A stretch of DNA of 64,000 bases from Eledone cirrhosa (GCA_964016885.1 OZ024741.1:365366001-365430000); one strand, 5' to 3'. Counted from the first letter of the stretch, positions 34,601 to 49,773 are shown. The notes: generated by a model from the sequence alone, not told the origin. Program-made: numbers and translations.

Positions 34601-37179
34601 ATATATATATATATATATAATCAAAGGTATATTTGTTAGAAACTCAAAATAGTCTCTTACAATAAATTAGCTCTAGGAAAGAGATTTTTCCGCGCCGTAT
34701 AATATAACTGAACAAAAAGGAAAAACGAATAGACACATACATATATGTGTTCAAATCGTAAGGAACCAGATTCGCTAAGGTGAAAAGAATACTAACAATA
34801 GGGTTTGCCAGACTCAATTTAAGAATAAATCAAGAAAGTAAATACAAACCGGAATTGTGGTAACGGTCAATCAGTTTTCACACATACGTCTCAAATTCCT
34901 ATTTTGTTTAATATCTTTTATAATCACTATATTTTATTATAACCATCACATCACATTTAGGCAGTTTAAAATTTCATTGTTTCCGCACCTTATTTCACAA
35001 GCTTCTCTTATTCTTATTTTTGGCTAATAACTTTATAAAAAACATCGTATCACCCACTATATATTAATATTAACTATTCAATACCAGTAGAATTAATTCA
35101 TAAATTTCTTTCTCCTTTAATAATGCATAACATTTTAAGTATACATAAATAGTTTCTTTAATAATGCAAAACATTTAAGTATACATAGATAGTTTCGTTC
35201 TTGGTAATATGTGTATTTTTTTAACTTTTAAAGTTTTATAGTTTTGTTATCATTAGCCCAAGAAATTTTCTAATTCGATCCTCATATATCTTTACATATT
35301 TTTTTTTTTTTTGTTTTTTATATATTCATTTTCTTTAACTCTCTGATGTCTAGTATTTCGTACATGAATTATCTCTTCTTTATTTTGATTTAACCGGATG
35401 TTTTAGGATTGGTTTCAAAACATCTTTAATTTCTATGTTAAGTTATATGCTTTATACTCCTGATAGTATGACTTGATATCCTCAATCGAACTATATAATG
35501 CCTTAGGTGGTGTGTCCTAAATACCTCACTTATATGACTTCTATTTATATTGAATCTTTTCACTTTGATGGCTTGATTGTTTTATTTATTCCCCATAACA
35601 TAATTTTTTTGGACGTTTATAAAATCGTTATTATGGCTAAATTGTGTGGCCGAACATATACGTCTTAAATTGTACCATTATAAAGCCCAAGATCTTGCAT
35701 CTGTCTGTAATCATATGTTATACTACACTTGCATTTAACCATTTAAAATGTTTAATCCTTAAGCTTTATTTTGAAATGCATGTCACCTCTGTCCTCTATT
35801 ACCAACTTTTTCAGCAACCATATGTATATCAATTTAAATAAACGTTCAGTCGTATTGGAGTTCCATATAACATCGCTATCTTCTTTTGTTAATTTTGATC
35901 TCGCGTTTGGCGATATTATAGCAATTATTTCTTTCTTTAATATAGTGTGATTCCTCATACTAAATCATATTCACTGAAATAAAAAAAATGTTAGTAAACT
36001 TAACTTATTTTAAACTCGTGATTGCAAACGTCGCCGTGGCACTTCAGGTGTTATACTATATTCACGAGAAGAAGAATTAGTTCTACTTACTTGGAAAAAC
36101 GCTACCCTGCTTAATTAGTAAATGAATATTTCGGTTTTCTTAAGGCTAAATAAAAACTAAAGATAATCTAAGAATTCATACTTGTAAAATTACAAAGCTT
36201 TAACTCTTTTTGATTCCACCTGATAATATATCTGGTTCAATGATGCGTTGTAATTTAGGCACGCATCAACCAAGTTAAGGGGAAATGAAAGCTGATTACT
36301 TCAACCACAGTTAGTGATTGCTTATTTTATTGACACCGAAAGGCAAAGTTGATTTGAAACGAGAACTTAGATTGTTGTAAAGAAATACAACAACGCATTT
36401 AATACGGCGCACTAACTATTCTGCTAATTAACCATTCTTATGATACTTGTAACATTACCTGGCATTGTCTCTGTTTATAGCAATACGCCTCAAATTAATC
36501 ATGGTTCAATGATACAAAACTGCCGGCTTTAAATTGTTCATAATTATATTAAAACATTTGTCACATGTTTATGAAAGAATATTTTGTTTAGTAATATTTC
36601 AAATAGTATATTAATAATGAGACAATGTATTATTTTTATTAATTTTCTCTAAGATTTTGATTATTTTGAAATTTAATTAGAAAACATTGGCAGTGTATTT
36701 CAAGAGAGATGTAGTAATGAAAGGGTTAGATAAATCACTTAAATGTTTTTGTTACATAGACACATGGCAGTTAAAATACATACACACAGATATACAAACA
36801 CAGGCACACTTCCTCAAACTCATTTTGTTTTATTTTATTCATTTATTCTTTTTCTTGTTTTCAGTCATTCTGGTAGTAATCCTACTACTTATTTTACTCT
36901 GGTACATATTTTATCGATCTCTCATTGTAGAACTGTTCAATTAAAGGAGTTAAATAGAAACACGTGTGCTTACTTAGAAACATACACTCGCATAGATATA
37001 ATATATGTAGGTATATATATCTGCGTCAGTGGATTGATATTTCTCCGTCATGGTCACTTAAAAATAATTTTTAAATGATTAAAATATACTCATACATGTA
37101 TATAATGGGAAATGAATCTGGAAGGCCCATATATATACGCGTGTTTATGTATATATATAAACGTATGTGTTTGTATACA

Positions 37180-38040
37180 TACATGGTGGCTGCCAACTCG
37201 TTTTCGAGTACGGCCACTACTTTATATCCATGTAGGAGAACCCCTACCGATGCGCTGAAGGAGTGTGGCTTTTTAGTCCAGCCAGCGACTTGAAAACTCT
37301 GGTACAAACACAACACTTGTGACAATTATTGACAACTAGTGCTGGGCCCATGGTGCCATGTGACCCAAGGTGTCGTGTGAGATCACTACTCGACCTGCAT
37401 ACCCTTCCACAAACATTACATGTCGTCGTCTGATGAACACTTATAGCTCCACAGGTGCCTGCTTCCCTGTTCTTGTGCACTCTCAGGTGACTCTTTAGAC
37501 CTGCCATGCTCAGAAAAACCCTATTACAGGTCTCACATGTCAGGTCAGGCCGTCTGTCAGTGCCTTCGGGAAGGCCAACATGGATTCCTTTCTGGACATC
37601 TCTTTTTAGTGTCGCGTGCCTTCTTCTTGTTTCCTCAAATAGACTCTTGCCACCAGCCACCGCTTTCCTTCAATGCGATCGGTCGCTAGCGCATGCTTCT
37701 CAGTGCTTACAAGGGATGTTACTTTTCTTGAGCGCCCCCTTGATGCAGTCCTTAAAACGCATCTTGGGTTTGCTCGCGTTCCTTTTTCCCATTTAGAGCT
37801 CGCCATAAAGCAGCTGCTTCGGCATTCGCTTGTCACTCATCCGTACAAGATGGCCTGTCCAGCGCAGCTGATGTTTCAAAATCAAGGACTCGACACTATC
37901 ACAGCCACTTCTGGCCAGAACCTCGACGTCACTGACAAACATTTGCCAAGTTATGCCGAAGATCCGACGTAAGCAGTACTGGTGGAACCTCTCAAGTCGC
38001 TTCATCTGTCTACGGTAGACCACCCACGTCTCACAAGCAT
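37180..38040 (-). mobile_element. 3' fragment of an RTE-clade LINE with C-terminal C2H2 fingers
   Basis: YACETW..LERFHQYCLRRI..QLRWTGHLVRM..MPKQLLYGEL; three CxxC-x12-H fingers in ORF 37244-37660. Confidence 0.88.
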
Positions 38041-38056
38041 ACATACATACATACAA

Positions 38057-38149
<93 letters not shown>

Positions 38150-38151
<2 letters not shown>

Positions 38152-38343
38152 ATGAAAGTACACAGAAAACCTCATATCTCGGGAACTCGTGCTTCGATTT
38201 TCGCGAAACTTGTTTTATTCCATTTGTATTCCCATTTCAGGGGCAACTTCCTATCAAATTATTTTCTCATTATGCGCCGCTTTGGTTGTATTACATTACA
38301 GACAAGCAAGCAAGCAATCACAGAATTTTAGTAATATATAGAT
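38150..38343 (+). mobile_element. 3' end of a HINE-like element
   Basis: ACAGACAAGCAAGCAAGC..TTTTAGTAATATATAGAT terminus. Confidence 0.45.
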
Positions 38344-38429
38344 AGATATGTATAGATGGATATGTATACAACCGTTATCGAGTCTTCTCTCGATTTTGGT
38401 TTTGTATTAATTACTACTATATATATATA

Positions 38430-38950
38430 CAATCGAGACTTTGAAGAAAAAATAGGTATATTTTCGTCTATTATTTCCTCGTATTTAGAAATTGATAAAT
38501 AGCTCTGATTAAATGATTGTTTTAATTCTTTTGATCATTTTATTTATTTCGGTCATTGAGCTAAACTGGTCAAGGCGGGAACACCACACACACATATGTA
38601 TATGTACCTGTGTATGTATCTTATCACTAATGTGTCCCAACTCCCTTACAGTATAGTTAAATAGACGGGTGCTGACTGCTTTTCTAGCAAATTTGGTACT
38701 CGCTAAACGTCCCGCCTTCCCTCCCTTCTCTGATCGCTATATCACGTGATAATTTCTCCCTCTCGATAATTATTCACTTGTAACGGTCGGGTCAAGAAAT
38801 AGTTCACTTACTTGAGGCGTCTCTTGATAAGTCAACAGCCTCACAGCAATGGACGACTTTACTGGTGCATGATTGTTGCGGACTAGTCGGCGAAACTGCA
38901 GTCGGGACTTTGAAGAAAAATAGGTAAATTGTTGTCTATTATTTCCTCGC

Positions 38951-38955
<5 letters not shown>
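38430..38955 (+). mobile_element. Retrozyme-like monomer (~469 nt) with terminal direct repeat starting at the HHR cleavage site
   Basis: CAATC|GAGACTTTGAAGAAAAAATAGGTA (38430) vs CAGTC|GGGACTTTGAAGAAAAATAGGTA (38899); TA flanks. Confidence 0.7.
38819..38908 (+). ncRNA. Hammerhead with U3-A8 variant core and extended stem II
   Basis: gtctc TTGATAA gtcaac..cacagcaat..attgttgcg..gtcggc GAAAC tgca GTC gggac. Confidence 0.75.
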
Positions 38956-39011
<56 letters not shown>

Positions 39012-39061
39012 TATATATATATCATTATATTTATATATATATATATAATTATATATATATA

Positions 39062-39312
<251 letters not shown>

Positions 39313-39630
39313 ATATATATATATATATATAATGGCTGAGGTTTTATGATGAATTTAAACTTAAATGTTACATCTATATAGGAGGACAGGAACACCGACC
39401 TGCTGCATATCGCTGATAGTACGATTCATCTTGCATCATTTAAGTCTGTGTGTACGTATGTCTCTGTTAATGTACTGTAACTTAGCGCTTCGGCGGTAGA
39501 TGTTTGATACGTTGACTATGAGACTTAGTAAAATAAACACTAGAGTCGATATGAGTGACTAAATCCTTTCACAATTTTGTCACAGCATGATCAGCGACTA
39601 ATGATTAAATCTAATAAAAAAAAAAATAAT

Positions 39631-39812
39631 AATTGTTTCTACTTTAGGCACAAGGCCAGCAATTACCCAGTGCCTTACTGGTACTTTATTTTATCGACCC
39701 CGTAAGGATGAAAGACAAAGTCAACCTCGGCAGGATTTGAACTCAGATCGTAAAGGGACGTAACTATGCTGGAAAGCATGGCGTCCGACCCTCTACCGAT
39801 ACTGCCAATCCA
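39631..39812 (-). mobile_element. tRNA-derived SINE
   Basis: Near-identical reverse complement of 11721-11900. Confidence 0.9.
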
Positions 39813-41994
39813 CCGTCCTCGATACTGCCAAATAGCAGGAAGAGGTAGTTAGTGATAAAAAGTGAACGTGCGAAATATGTGTGCCAGGAATCAATAAAAC
39901 CTGTTTATCAAATGAGGTTAATGGATCGTGTAACGTTTTAATATATATTTTACTGGTTTGCCCTATTTGAACGACAAAGTACAAATGTTGTTTTTTTTGC
40001 ACTCTGTACTTTGAACCTCTTTTCCTAATCATTAGGATCAACAGTGCATAAACTACATTATGCTTAAACTAAGCTGAAAGAGTATAGCATTCGTTGCTAC
40101 ACTTGTGATTGCTGACAGATTAAATACTTTCTTTCGTTTGCCTGAAAAGAATTTTGTTTACTTCAATGAAATAAAAAGCATATAATGCATGTGTTTATAT
40201 ACCTATATGGTTTGAAAGAAAACATCACCCCTTCTGTATATACATTTCTGTGATTCTGTCACAACACGTAAAGAGAGAGGAGTAGTTTGACTACCTCATA
40301 CCACTCCTCTCTCACTATGTCTGCCGCCTGCATGAATGTATGTGTGTGTAAAAGGAAGGCAGGGGATTGTGAGTGTATGTGTGTTTGTGGGAATTCATGT
40401 GTGTGTATGTGTAAATATATGTCTGTGAGTGTGGGTTTTTGTAAGTGTGTCTGTGTTTGCCCGTTTATATTTATATACTCATACATATCAATGTACGCAT
40501 ATGCACATACACACAGGCATAAAAACATACGCTTCAGCGTATGGAAAAAAATGTAGTAAATAAAAGAATGAAATATTTTGTTTTTATTTTTCAATGAAAA
40601 TACATTCCACTTAGATTCAACACACGTACTCGGACTATGTCATTTGCAAGACAATTATAACTCTGAAATTTCAAAAGCTTGAGCCAGGCTATCAAAAGAT
40701 TGAGGGATGCTGTTGGATGTTGCCTCAAGAATTACACTTTGTTATTCGTAATATTATACAAACGTTTACTAAAATCTATATCAATACAGTATTATATCTT
40801 CCACTGACAAACCATTCTTAGATTACTTATAACGTGTGATACATTAGCGGAATCTTTAGAGGATTGGGCAACATGTATTACGTTAGTTTTCCGCCTCCGA
40901 TTTACGTTAGCTTGACCGATGTAAATTTTGCCTTCTGAAACCAATAAAACAATGTACGACTCAATTTGTGCCTCCTGGAATGGGCCATCATGGTATAGTA
41001 GAGGCGAAACACCTCTCCCCCCCCCCCATAAAAACAGGTTATATTACTGTCACATCAATATTTATTTTCTCTAACGCCCTATATAGTGCCAACACAAACC
41101 ACACACTGAAAACCTATAATTGACTCACATATATGCACAATTTCTCTCTTAAAATGGATCCCGTTATGAGGTGTATCGTAAAATAAATATACGAAAATTT
41201 AATTTCTCAAGACATCAGATTCGTTAGAGTAGTGTGCCTTTCTAAATTAATGCTGCCGTTGCATTATGAGTTGACAGAACCTCGTGTTTTTGTCCTTTGT
41301 ATTCGTAGCAGGTTTATGTCTTAAGCGCCTTTGATGTTTTCTTGGTTGCTGGTAAAAATGGAGGAATTAATTTTGTAGGTGCTACATTACGTATGTTGTT
41401 TCTATGGATTCTCTTTGTTTGGGTTAGGATTAGAACAGATGTGCGCATCTGTCTGGAAAAGGGTATGGGGTAAAGCTTTTGAGTCATATCCGTATGAGTT
41501 CGTGTATAAATGATAGATTTTGAGCAGATCTAGGAAATCTTTTTAGATATAGATAAGAGATAGAGTCTTTGTCGTATTAAATTTTGAATATTTCTAATTG
41601 TAGGTGTGATATTTTATATTTATATTTGAATTTCGAGTGTTTTGTTTCACTATATTTCTGTTCAAGTGTTATTTGTAGAACCTATATATCCATTGGAGAG
41701 AGAATTTTATATGACTTATAAGGTTTTCCTGTTGTTTTCATCGCGAGATTTTCAGTGTGTTTTTCGCATTTGTTTCCAAACTAGGTTTCTTTGGAGGGAT
41801 TCGCAAAATTTATCATAGTTGCTTCTCATTTATTAGCGATATTTATTTTTGATATTTATTTTCTCATTTATTAGCGATGTTTATTTTTGTTTGCTAAAAA
41901 TAAGCATATTGCTCTGTCGCTTGAAAATGGTGATTAAACACACACATATGGATAGTATGGATTTAAACATATATATATATATATATATATATAT

Positions 41995-42147
41995 AGGAAA
42001 ATGTTCAAGACCCCGACGGCAGAGCTCAAGTCAGGCTGTTTCGACGTCAGGGTCTTGATCATTTTCCTATTACTCTCTCTACTGCCCTACGTATTGGAGT
42101 ACTCTGGTGCATTATGGTCCACCTGGTTCCTTACCACACTTGCTTCG

Positions 42148-42190
<43 letters not shown>

Positions 42191-42397
42191 ACAAAGAGCG
42201 TGTGGTAAGATATCAGGTGGACCATAATGCACCAGAGTATTTGAGGTCGTAAAGTGGTTAATAGAAAAAACAGTCAGGACTCCGACGGCTGAACTCCGGC
42301 CGTTTCGACAGCTAGATCCGAACTAAGCCCGGGCTTAGTTCGGATATAGCTGTCGAAACGGCCTGAGCTCAGCCGTCGGGATCCTGACTCTCTTCCT
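41995..42397. mobile_element. Two fold-back elements of the 18793 family, tail-to-tail around (TA)n
   Basis: 41995-42149 (+) and 42189-42397 (-); the second has a hairpin centred on CCCGGG at 42328. Confidence 0.8.
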
Positions 42398-43885
42398 ATA
42401 TATATATAACACATATATATATGACAATGTGTGTATGTGTGCGTATATGTGTAAGTGTGTGCTTGTGGAAATTTGTGTGTGTCAATGTGATTACAATTGT
42501 ATTTGATCACATGTAAACATAGTTACAGCATGGATGATTGAACGATTACAAGCAATCTGATCTGAAGTTACAAAACGATCACTACAGGCACATTACATTC
42601 CCTCATTACTTCATCCCCCTCAGTATGTCATTGGTGTGGATACGTCAGTAATTCTGACAATTTGTCTTCCCACAAATCTGAATGCCATCCAGTTTATCAT
42701 CTACAAAAGATGGACATAACTAAAACAGCAATCATATGTTGTCTGTCGATATTGTTTTGTACCATGTTTTCTTTGAAGAAACAGATGACGAAAGGCTTTC
42801 TAATAGTCTTCATCCCGACTATTTTCTTTCAATTTCAGCCATAATGAATCTAGGACTATAATATCAAATGTTTTAAAGGGCCAGTGTACGATTTAAGTAG
42901 CCCACGGCTTTATAGATCAGTGTAATATACAGAATGGTTAACATTATCCCAACTAAATTGTTAGAATTATTTATTTATTGCTGGAAGCAGCAACCCTTTG
43001 GTTACCACATGTCTAACGAAAATCTTAGACCATAATTTTTGAAAATAACCACGAATTTGAAAGGATTTAGTAGTATAATCAATTGTCTCATTATCAAACT
43101 GATGTTTGGAACATAACATAACAAAGGATCTTTAGTAGAATTATGATGCAATGTGTACACACATAAGCAGCTTTGAATCGTAGAACCAGAGATCGTATCA
43201 AGCATTTTGGTATGAAAAACGTTAAGAAGACAAGAAAATAGATCTTCAAGGACAGACCTATTGTGTTCATGACCTATTGAGTAAATGAAATATGCTGTGG
43301 ATTATTAAATACAAACCGACGTCATTATATACTCTAATATAACATTTTGTTTATATTTTCTTTTTCTGCTAATATAACATTTTCGTTCATGTATTTAATT
43401 GTGTTCAGAAGATTCCTCGAAGAAAATCACAGTTCCACGTAAGTAGAAAAGAATGTTGGCTGTTTTATGTTGAAGAATATTCATAAGAAATAGAAACATT
43501 TCAATTCTTAGGTGAAATTAATTAAAAGAAAATGAAGTCAGCTACAACCAGGGAATTAACAAATTGATTCGAAGCTAATAACAATTATTGAATTTCCATT
43601 AAGAATTTCCCTTGTCGTTAATTTAAGTGAAAAGAGGAAGGAAGGTGAAATTGAAGATCCTACAGCAAGCAGTGGATATGGTATGTGGGATATGGTGAGT
43701 AGGTGGCGTAATAAGCAACAATGTATAGATCACGTGAGAGTGATAAAGATAGAAAGATAGAAAGAGAGAAGACAGGAGAAAGACGACTAATGAGAGAAAG
43801 AAAGGGTTGAAGGAAAATACAAAATAGAAGGATATATATAGGTATATATGCATGCATGAATATGTGTATATATGAATTTTTGCAT

Positions 43886-44207
43886 GTATGTGTATGTATG
43901 TATGTATGTATGTATGTATGTATGTATGTATGTATGTATGTATGTACAAATGTATGTAAGTATGTATGAATGCATGTATGTGTGTTTGTATGCATGTACG
44001 TATGTATGTATATATGTATGTTTGTATGTATGTACGTATGTATGTTTGTATGTATGTATGCATTTATCTGATTGTATATATATGTATGTATGTTTGTATG
44101 CGTGGATGTATGTATGTTTGCATGGATGGATGTATGTATGTATGTATGTATGTATGTATGTATGTATGTATGTATGTATGTATGTATGTATGTATGTATG
44201 TATGTAT
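43886..44207 (+). repeat. (TATG)n degenerate tetranucleotide array
   Basis: Direct reading. Confidence 0.9.
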
Positions 44208-44699
44208 GCATGTCTGCGAGTTTGCGTGTGTTCTTGCGTGTTCTTACATGAAAAGAAAGAAATAGTTAAATAAAGGTGAAAAGATTACATTTGATAAATT
44301 TGAGATCCGAAGAGACGGTAGTAGTATCACGAGAAAGATATATCATAGTGTGGTAAAAAAATGAAAACAAAATTAAAAGGAGTGGAGTTTGTCAAGGATG
44401 GGAAAATGAAATACAACTGGAATTTAAAAATAGGAAGAGAAAACAAAAATAGAAACAAGACGATGTACAGAAGAGAGGAAGAAATTATTGACATTGAATG
44501 CATTAGGGAGTAGAAATAAATGAAATAGAAAATAGTTGTGTTAAAAAACACATTAATAAAATTAAATGAGGAATGTGGGTGCGTGTAATGCTACATAATT
44601 TAATAAATGATTATTATTACGTAAAAGGTTTTAGACGTAACGGTGATATATTTGAATATATTATGTTTTATATTCCCTATTTCAATTCATGTTATATTA

Positions 44700-45125
44700 T
44701 GTTAGTCTCCGCATCCGACTTAGTTACTTCTGCCACAAACCACGGTACTGTGGCGCGCAATGCAGAGTATAGGAAGACAAACAAATACCGTGGAATTGTC
44801 CGACCGCTTCTTCTTCGCACCCGTGACCGGCGAGACCTCAGACGTACTCGGACCCCATAGTGCCGAGCTCCTCCGCAAGATCGGAACGTGGGCAGCCCGT
44901 CTGAAGAAGGAGCACAACGTGGTAGGGTGGCTGTTTCAGGGGGTATCCTTGGCCATTGTCCGCAGAAATGCTACTGCAGTCTTACCGCGGGGTGCTTCCC
45001 TAACTCCTCCGCGCCCTAGGCCCAGAGACCATCATCCTCCATTTTCCCCATTCTTCTGTGACCCTAGAGACTTGCCTTTCTCTTGCTTTTCCATTATTAA
45101 ATATCAATACATTTGTAGTCTAAAA
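44700..45125 (+). mobile_element. 3' fragment of a CRE-clade non-LTR retrotransposon (REL endonuclease)
   Basis: AEYRKTNKY..F.PVTGETSDVLG..LLRKIG..WLFQGVSLAIVRRNATAVL across one frameshift. Confidence 0.75.
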
Positions 45126-45218
45126 ATATTACTAAAATAATTACCAAGAAGAGCTTTGCATATGTTGTGATATAATTGTTTCCTCGGTCTGAAATCAGAA
45201 ATAGAAATTGAAATTGAA

Positions 45219-45384
45219 ATTGGCAGTATCGGTAGAGGGTTGGACGCCATACTTTGCAGCATAGAGTTACGGCCCTTTATGATTTATCCTAACGGGGTCG
45301 GTAAAATAAAGTACCAGTCATGCACTGGGGCCGATTTAATCGATTTAATTGCTGGCCTTGTGCCAATATAAGAAAAGATTATTA
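45219..45384 (+). mobile_element. tRNA-derived SINE with internal deletion
   Basis: Same head and tail as 11721; B-box region missing. Confidence 0.8.
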
Positions 45385-46045
45385 TGAAATAAAGTACGGG
45401 AGATTGTCAGAATCTTTAGAGTATGTAACACAATGTTTTGTGGCATTTCTTCTGATTTTAAATTCCACCGAGATCAACGTGAACCGAACACACTAAGAAG
45501 TAGATGAAATGTAAAAGTGGTACGATTTATCTAAAAGAAAAGAAAAGAAAAGAAAACAATATCTATCTATCGTTGAATTCTAAGTATGCAGCTGAAATGA
45601 AAGAGCTCATAAGTTCTTTGATAGCATGTTCCTTTACATAGATTTTCAAAGTATATCACGAAGCAATCAATAAAATATCGTCTCGTTAATTGTAGGATAT
45701 AAGTTCGCTCTTTAACCAAGTCCATTCATTTTATGTTTTAGAAGATATTTTTTCTGAATTATATTGATTAAAATGTAGAAATCTCAGTTACATGCAACGC
45801 TTGCAATGTAAACACAAATAAATATATACATACATTTAGCCGCAGAGTAGACATGGCTTTATGGCTATTTCATCTTTCAATCACACACACACACAAAGAT
45901 TATATATATATATATATATATCTATATATATATCAACTAGAAATTGATTGACATATATATATTTAAAATAAACATGAAACAAAAACATTAGTAAAGTGTG
46001 TAATCGGACATGGCTCCCTTAATTTAATTTAATTTAATTAATTTT

Positions 46046-46094
<49 letters not shown>

Positions 46095-46097
<3 letters not shown>

Positions 46098-46769
46098 GAA
46101 AGATCTTCAGCACCGTATGCCTACATAGATGCACACATATATATATATGTACGTATGGGTTTACCGAACATTCATTATAATGCTCGGTTTGTATGTAAAC
46201 AAACAGCCCGATTTATTAGCCGTACAGTGGTCCGCAAACATCGGTGCTCTTTTGTTCAAAACTGACAAAGGAACGATGAACTAGTTTCTTGTTTATTAGC
46301 TGTCATCAGCACCGAATATATATATGTCTGCATGTATGTATATATACATACTACTGTACGTCTGTATACATATATGTATGTACTTATATTTAAGTAACAG
46401 CCGTACTAAGAGTGGGAATTGAAATTTCGTTTCATTTTTTTCGTTTATCGTTTTCGGTGCATCCGGCCGATTAACCCATTCGATATGAAAATTGCGCTAC
46501 TCAGCCGTTAATATGCATAAGGTAAGTATATACGTTCAACAATCTGGCTGACGATAGCTAATAAGCTTGAAACTAGTACAGCGTTGAACAAATGAGCAAC
46601 GATGGTTGCTAGACACTACGGCTTAATACGGGATATTTGTTTACAAACACATCGAGCATTATAATAAATGTTCGGTGAATCCATCCGTACATATATATAT
46701 ATGTGTGCATGTATGTATATATACATACTACTCTACGTCTGTATACATATATGTATGTACGTGTACATA

Positions 46770-46770
<1 letters not shown>
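46095..46770. mobile_element. Diverged fold-back copy of the 30469 family with HHRs in both arms
   Basis: HHR cores at 46273-46315(-) and ~46545-46582(+, CTGACGA tagctaataagctt GAAAC ta GTA). Confidence 0.75.
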
Positions 46771-46839
<69 letters not shown>

Positions 46840-46844
<5 letters not shown>

Positions 46845-49122
46845 ATACTTGGGGTGGATCATATTTGTGTAACAATATTGCCAGAATTAATAACACAACA
46901 CACTCACTGTTTGGTTGGTTTTCGCTTCTGTGTCTTTTATATCGGTTAATTTAATTTATTCGGTCCTCAATGTTACCATTGATTGACCAACGGTCAAAAA
47001 TACAGATATAATATAGACACAACCACATATATATAGTTTAACAAACTTCTTTCGTTGCAACTCTGCAACATCGTCAGTGGTGCTATTATGTTTCCTCCTG
47101 TTGTATTGTATGCCTACGCCAACTTCATTTAGTCTGTTTATTTATTCATTTTTTTGTCTTCTCTCCGCATGCGTTTGCGTGTGTGTATAGTGTTTGATGT
47201 GTGTTCGTGTTTGGCTTACTGTGTATTGGTTATTGTATTCTATCTTAGTTTACTAGTGTTTTATGTGTTTGTTCTTATTGTGCTTGTGTATGTATTTATT
47301 TATTTATACTTCTCTTAGGTCAGTATTTTTTGTTTGGGTGTTGTTGTTATTCCATTCATTTTTTTCTGTTTAGCCTTGGCCTTCTAAGTTCTATTTTTAT
47401 GGTATAGTGGGAAAGGAGACTCAAAAATATCCTTGATGAGAGCTCCATAGACCTCATATGTACTCACGTTACGTAGACGACATCAATATAGTAATAAGGA
47501 CATCCCCACAAGAGAGTACTAACAAGTTTGATTTAGAACGTAGTACAATGGAAAGCATCCAGCAGATAGCTAATTCCATACACCAGAGTATATCTGTAAC
47601 TATCGACTACCCTTCCAAACACCCTAACAATAGACTACCTGTATTAAACACGGAACTCTGGATTAACACTATAGACGAGAGAGCCCAAATTTTCCACTCA
47701 CACTACGCTAAACCCATGGCCTCCAAAAAACTCAGCAATGTCCAATTGTGCTAAGTTTAATATTCTGATCGCAGACTTAGTACGAGTGATGAAGAACGTG
47801 TCCTGCATGTGCGACCCAACAGAAATGGAAAGACATATCCAACACTTCATCAACCGCATGCAGTTCTCTGGCTACAACCAAAGAGACAGAATCAGAGTAT
47901 ACGAAGGAGCCACGGAGAACTATAAGACCCTCATAGAACTGGACATGAAAGTAATTTGCCCATTATACAGGAGCAAATCATGGAATAGCTTAGATAGGAC
48001 TAAACATAAGATAGGTAAGGCCACCTCATGGTACGAGAACCGGAGATACCAGAGTGTCATGTTCGTAGACGCTACCCCTGGAGGGAAATTAGCTAACCAG
48101 TGTAGAAAGGCCCTGAGAAAGACCCACTTAAAGATTAAGGTGGTAGAAAAGCCAGGAACCACCATAAAATTCCTGATCAACAAAACTTAGCCTTTTCAGA
48201 AAACTCACTGTACTAATAGGAAATGTATTATATGTAAATAAACCCCCGGATAATCTGTAAAACTAGAAACGTAGTCTATAGCATAAGATGTACAGAGGGT
48301 ACTTACAGAAACATGACAACAACATACATAGGCGAGACAGCTCGTAGCATAGGTGAAAGGATAGACCAACACTCGGGGAAACTAAAAGGACGAAAAAACG
48401 GTTCAGTACTATACGAACATGCGAGACAACAACACGACGGTAACATAGACAACATAGAAATTAGAATAATATCTAAACATAGAAATGACCCTGCAGATAG
48501 GCATATCAGAGAGACAAGTGAAATAGAACTTAGAAGGCCAAGGCTAAACAGAAAAAAATGAATGGAATAACAACACCCAAACAAAAACACTGACATAAGA
48601 GAAGCATAAATAAATAAATACATACACTTGCACAATAACAACAAATACATATAAACACACACTAGTAAACTAAGATAGAATACAATAACCAATACACAGT
48701 CACCCAAACACGAACACACATCAAACACTATACACACATGCAAACGCATGCGCAGAGAAGACAAAAAAAAAATAAATAAACAGACTAAATAAAGATGGCG
48801 TAGGCATACAATACAACAGGAGGAAACATAATAGCACCACTGACGATATTGCAGATGTGCAACGAAAGAACTTTGTTAAACTATATATATGTGTTTGTGT
48901 CTATATTATATCTGTATTTTTTACCGTTGGTCAGTCAATGGTAACATTGAGGACCGAATAAATTAAATTAACCGATATAAAAGACACAGAGGCGAAAACC
49001 AACCAAACAGTGAGTGTGTTCTGTTATTAATTCTGGCAATATTGTTACACAGATATGACCCTCCCCAAGTATAACAATATTTGTTTCGACACACGATTTC
49101 ATATAAAAACCTCGCAAAACTA
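46840..49122 (+). mobile_element. 5'-truncated PLE (third lineage) with inverted 5' pLTR (46840-47395)
   Basis: YSRYVDDINIV, LPVLNTELW, HYAKPMASK, FVDATPGG, YIGETARS; HHRs at 48832-48878(+) and 47039-47085(-). Confidence 0.9.
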
Positions 49123-49773
49123 ATATATACATATATATACATATATATATATACACGTATACATGTATATATATATATATTTTTTTTTATATATATATAG
49201 TTATATATATTCCCCAGCCCTAAAATAAGAAGAAAGAGATGACTGAGCACACGCGTGCTTTTTTTCCATATTTTCTCCATATATTTTCCATATTTTTCCA
49301 TATTTCTTTCTCTTTTCCCTCTTCTCTATATTCCATATCTTTCCTACTGTATCAAGCGTTAAACTGACATATTTCTTCATTGAACTATAACGTTTGGTGT
49401 GTTCCTTTGCACATGCATACACATACACTCAGACACGCACACACAGTCAGACACATACACGCACACACACGCACACACACGCACACACACATAGCCACAC
49501 ACGCACGCACACACACATAGACACACACGCCCGCGCATACACACATACATAGACACACACGCGCGCACACACATACACATACTCATACACACATGCGCAC
49601 AAACATACACACACACATACACCTATATAAATATGTATATATATATCCATATGTGGTTGACGATCAAGAGAAAAGTGTAGGCAATACCGAAATAGAGTGT
49701 TAAATTTCTGGAGGTTCGCCTACAGGAAAAACTCCAGGGTAATAACACTTACTATTTAGCGTTTATTAAACAA

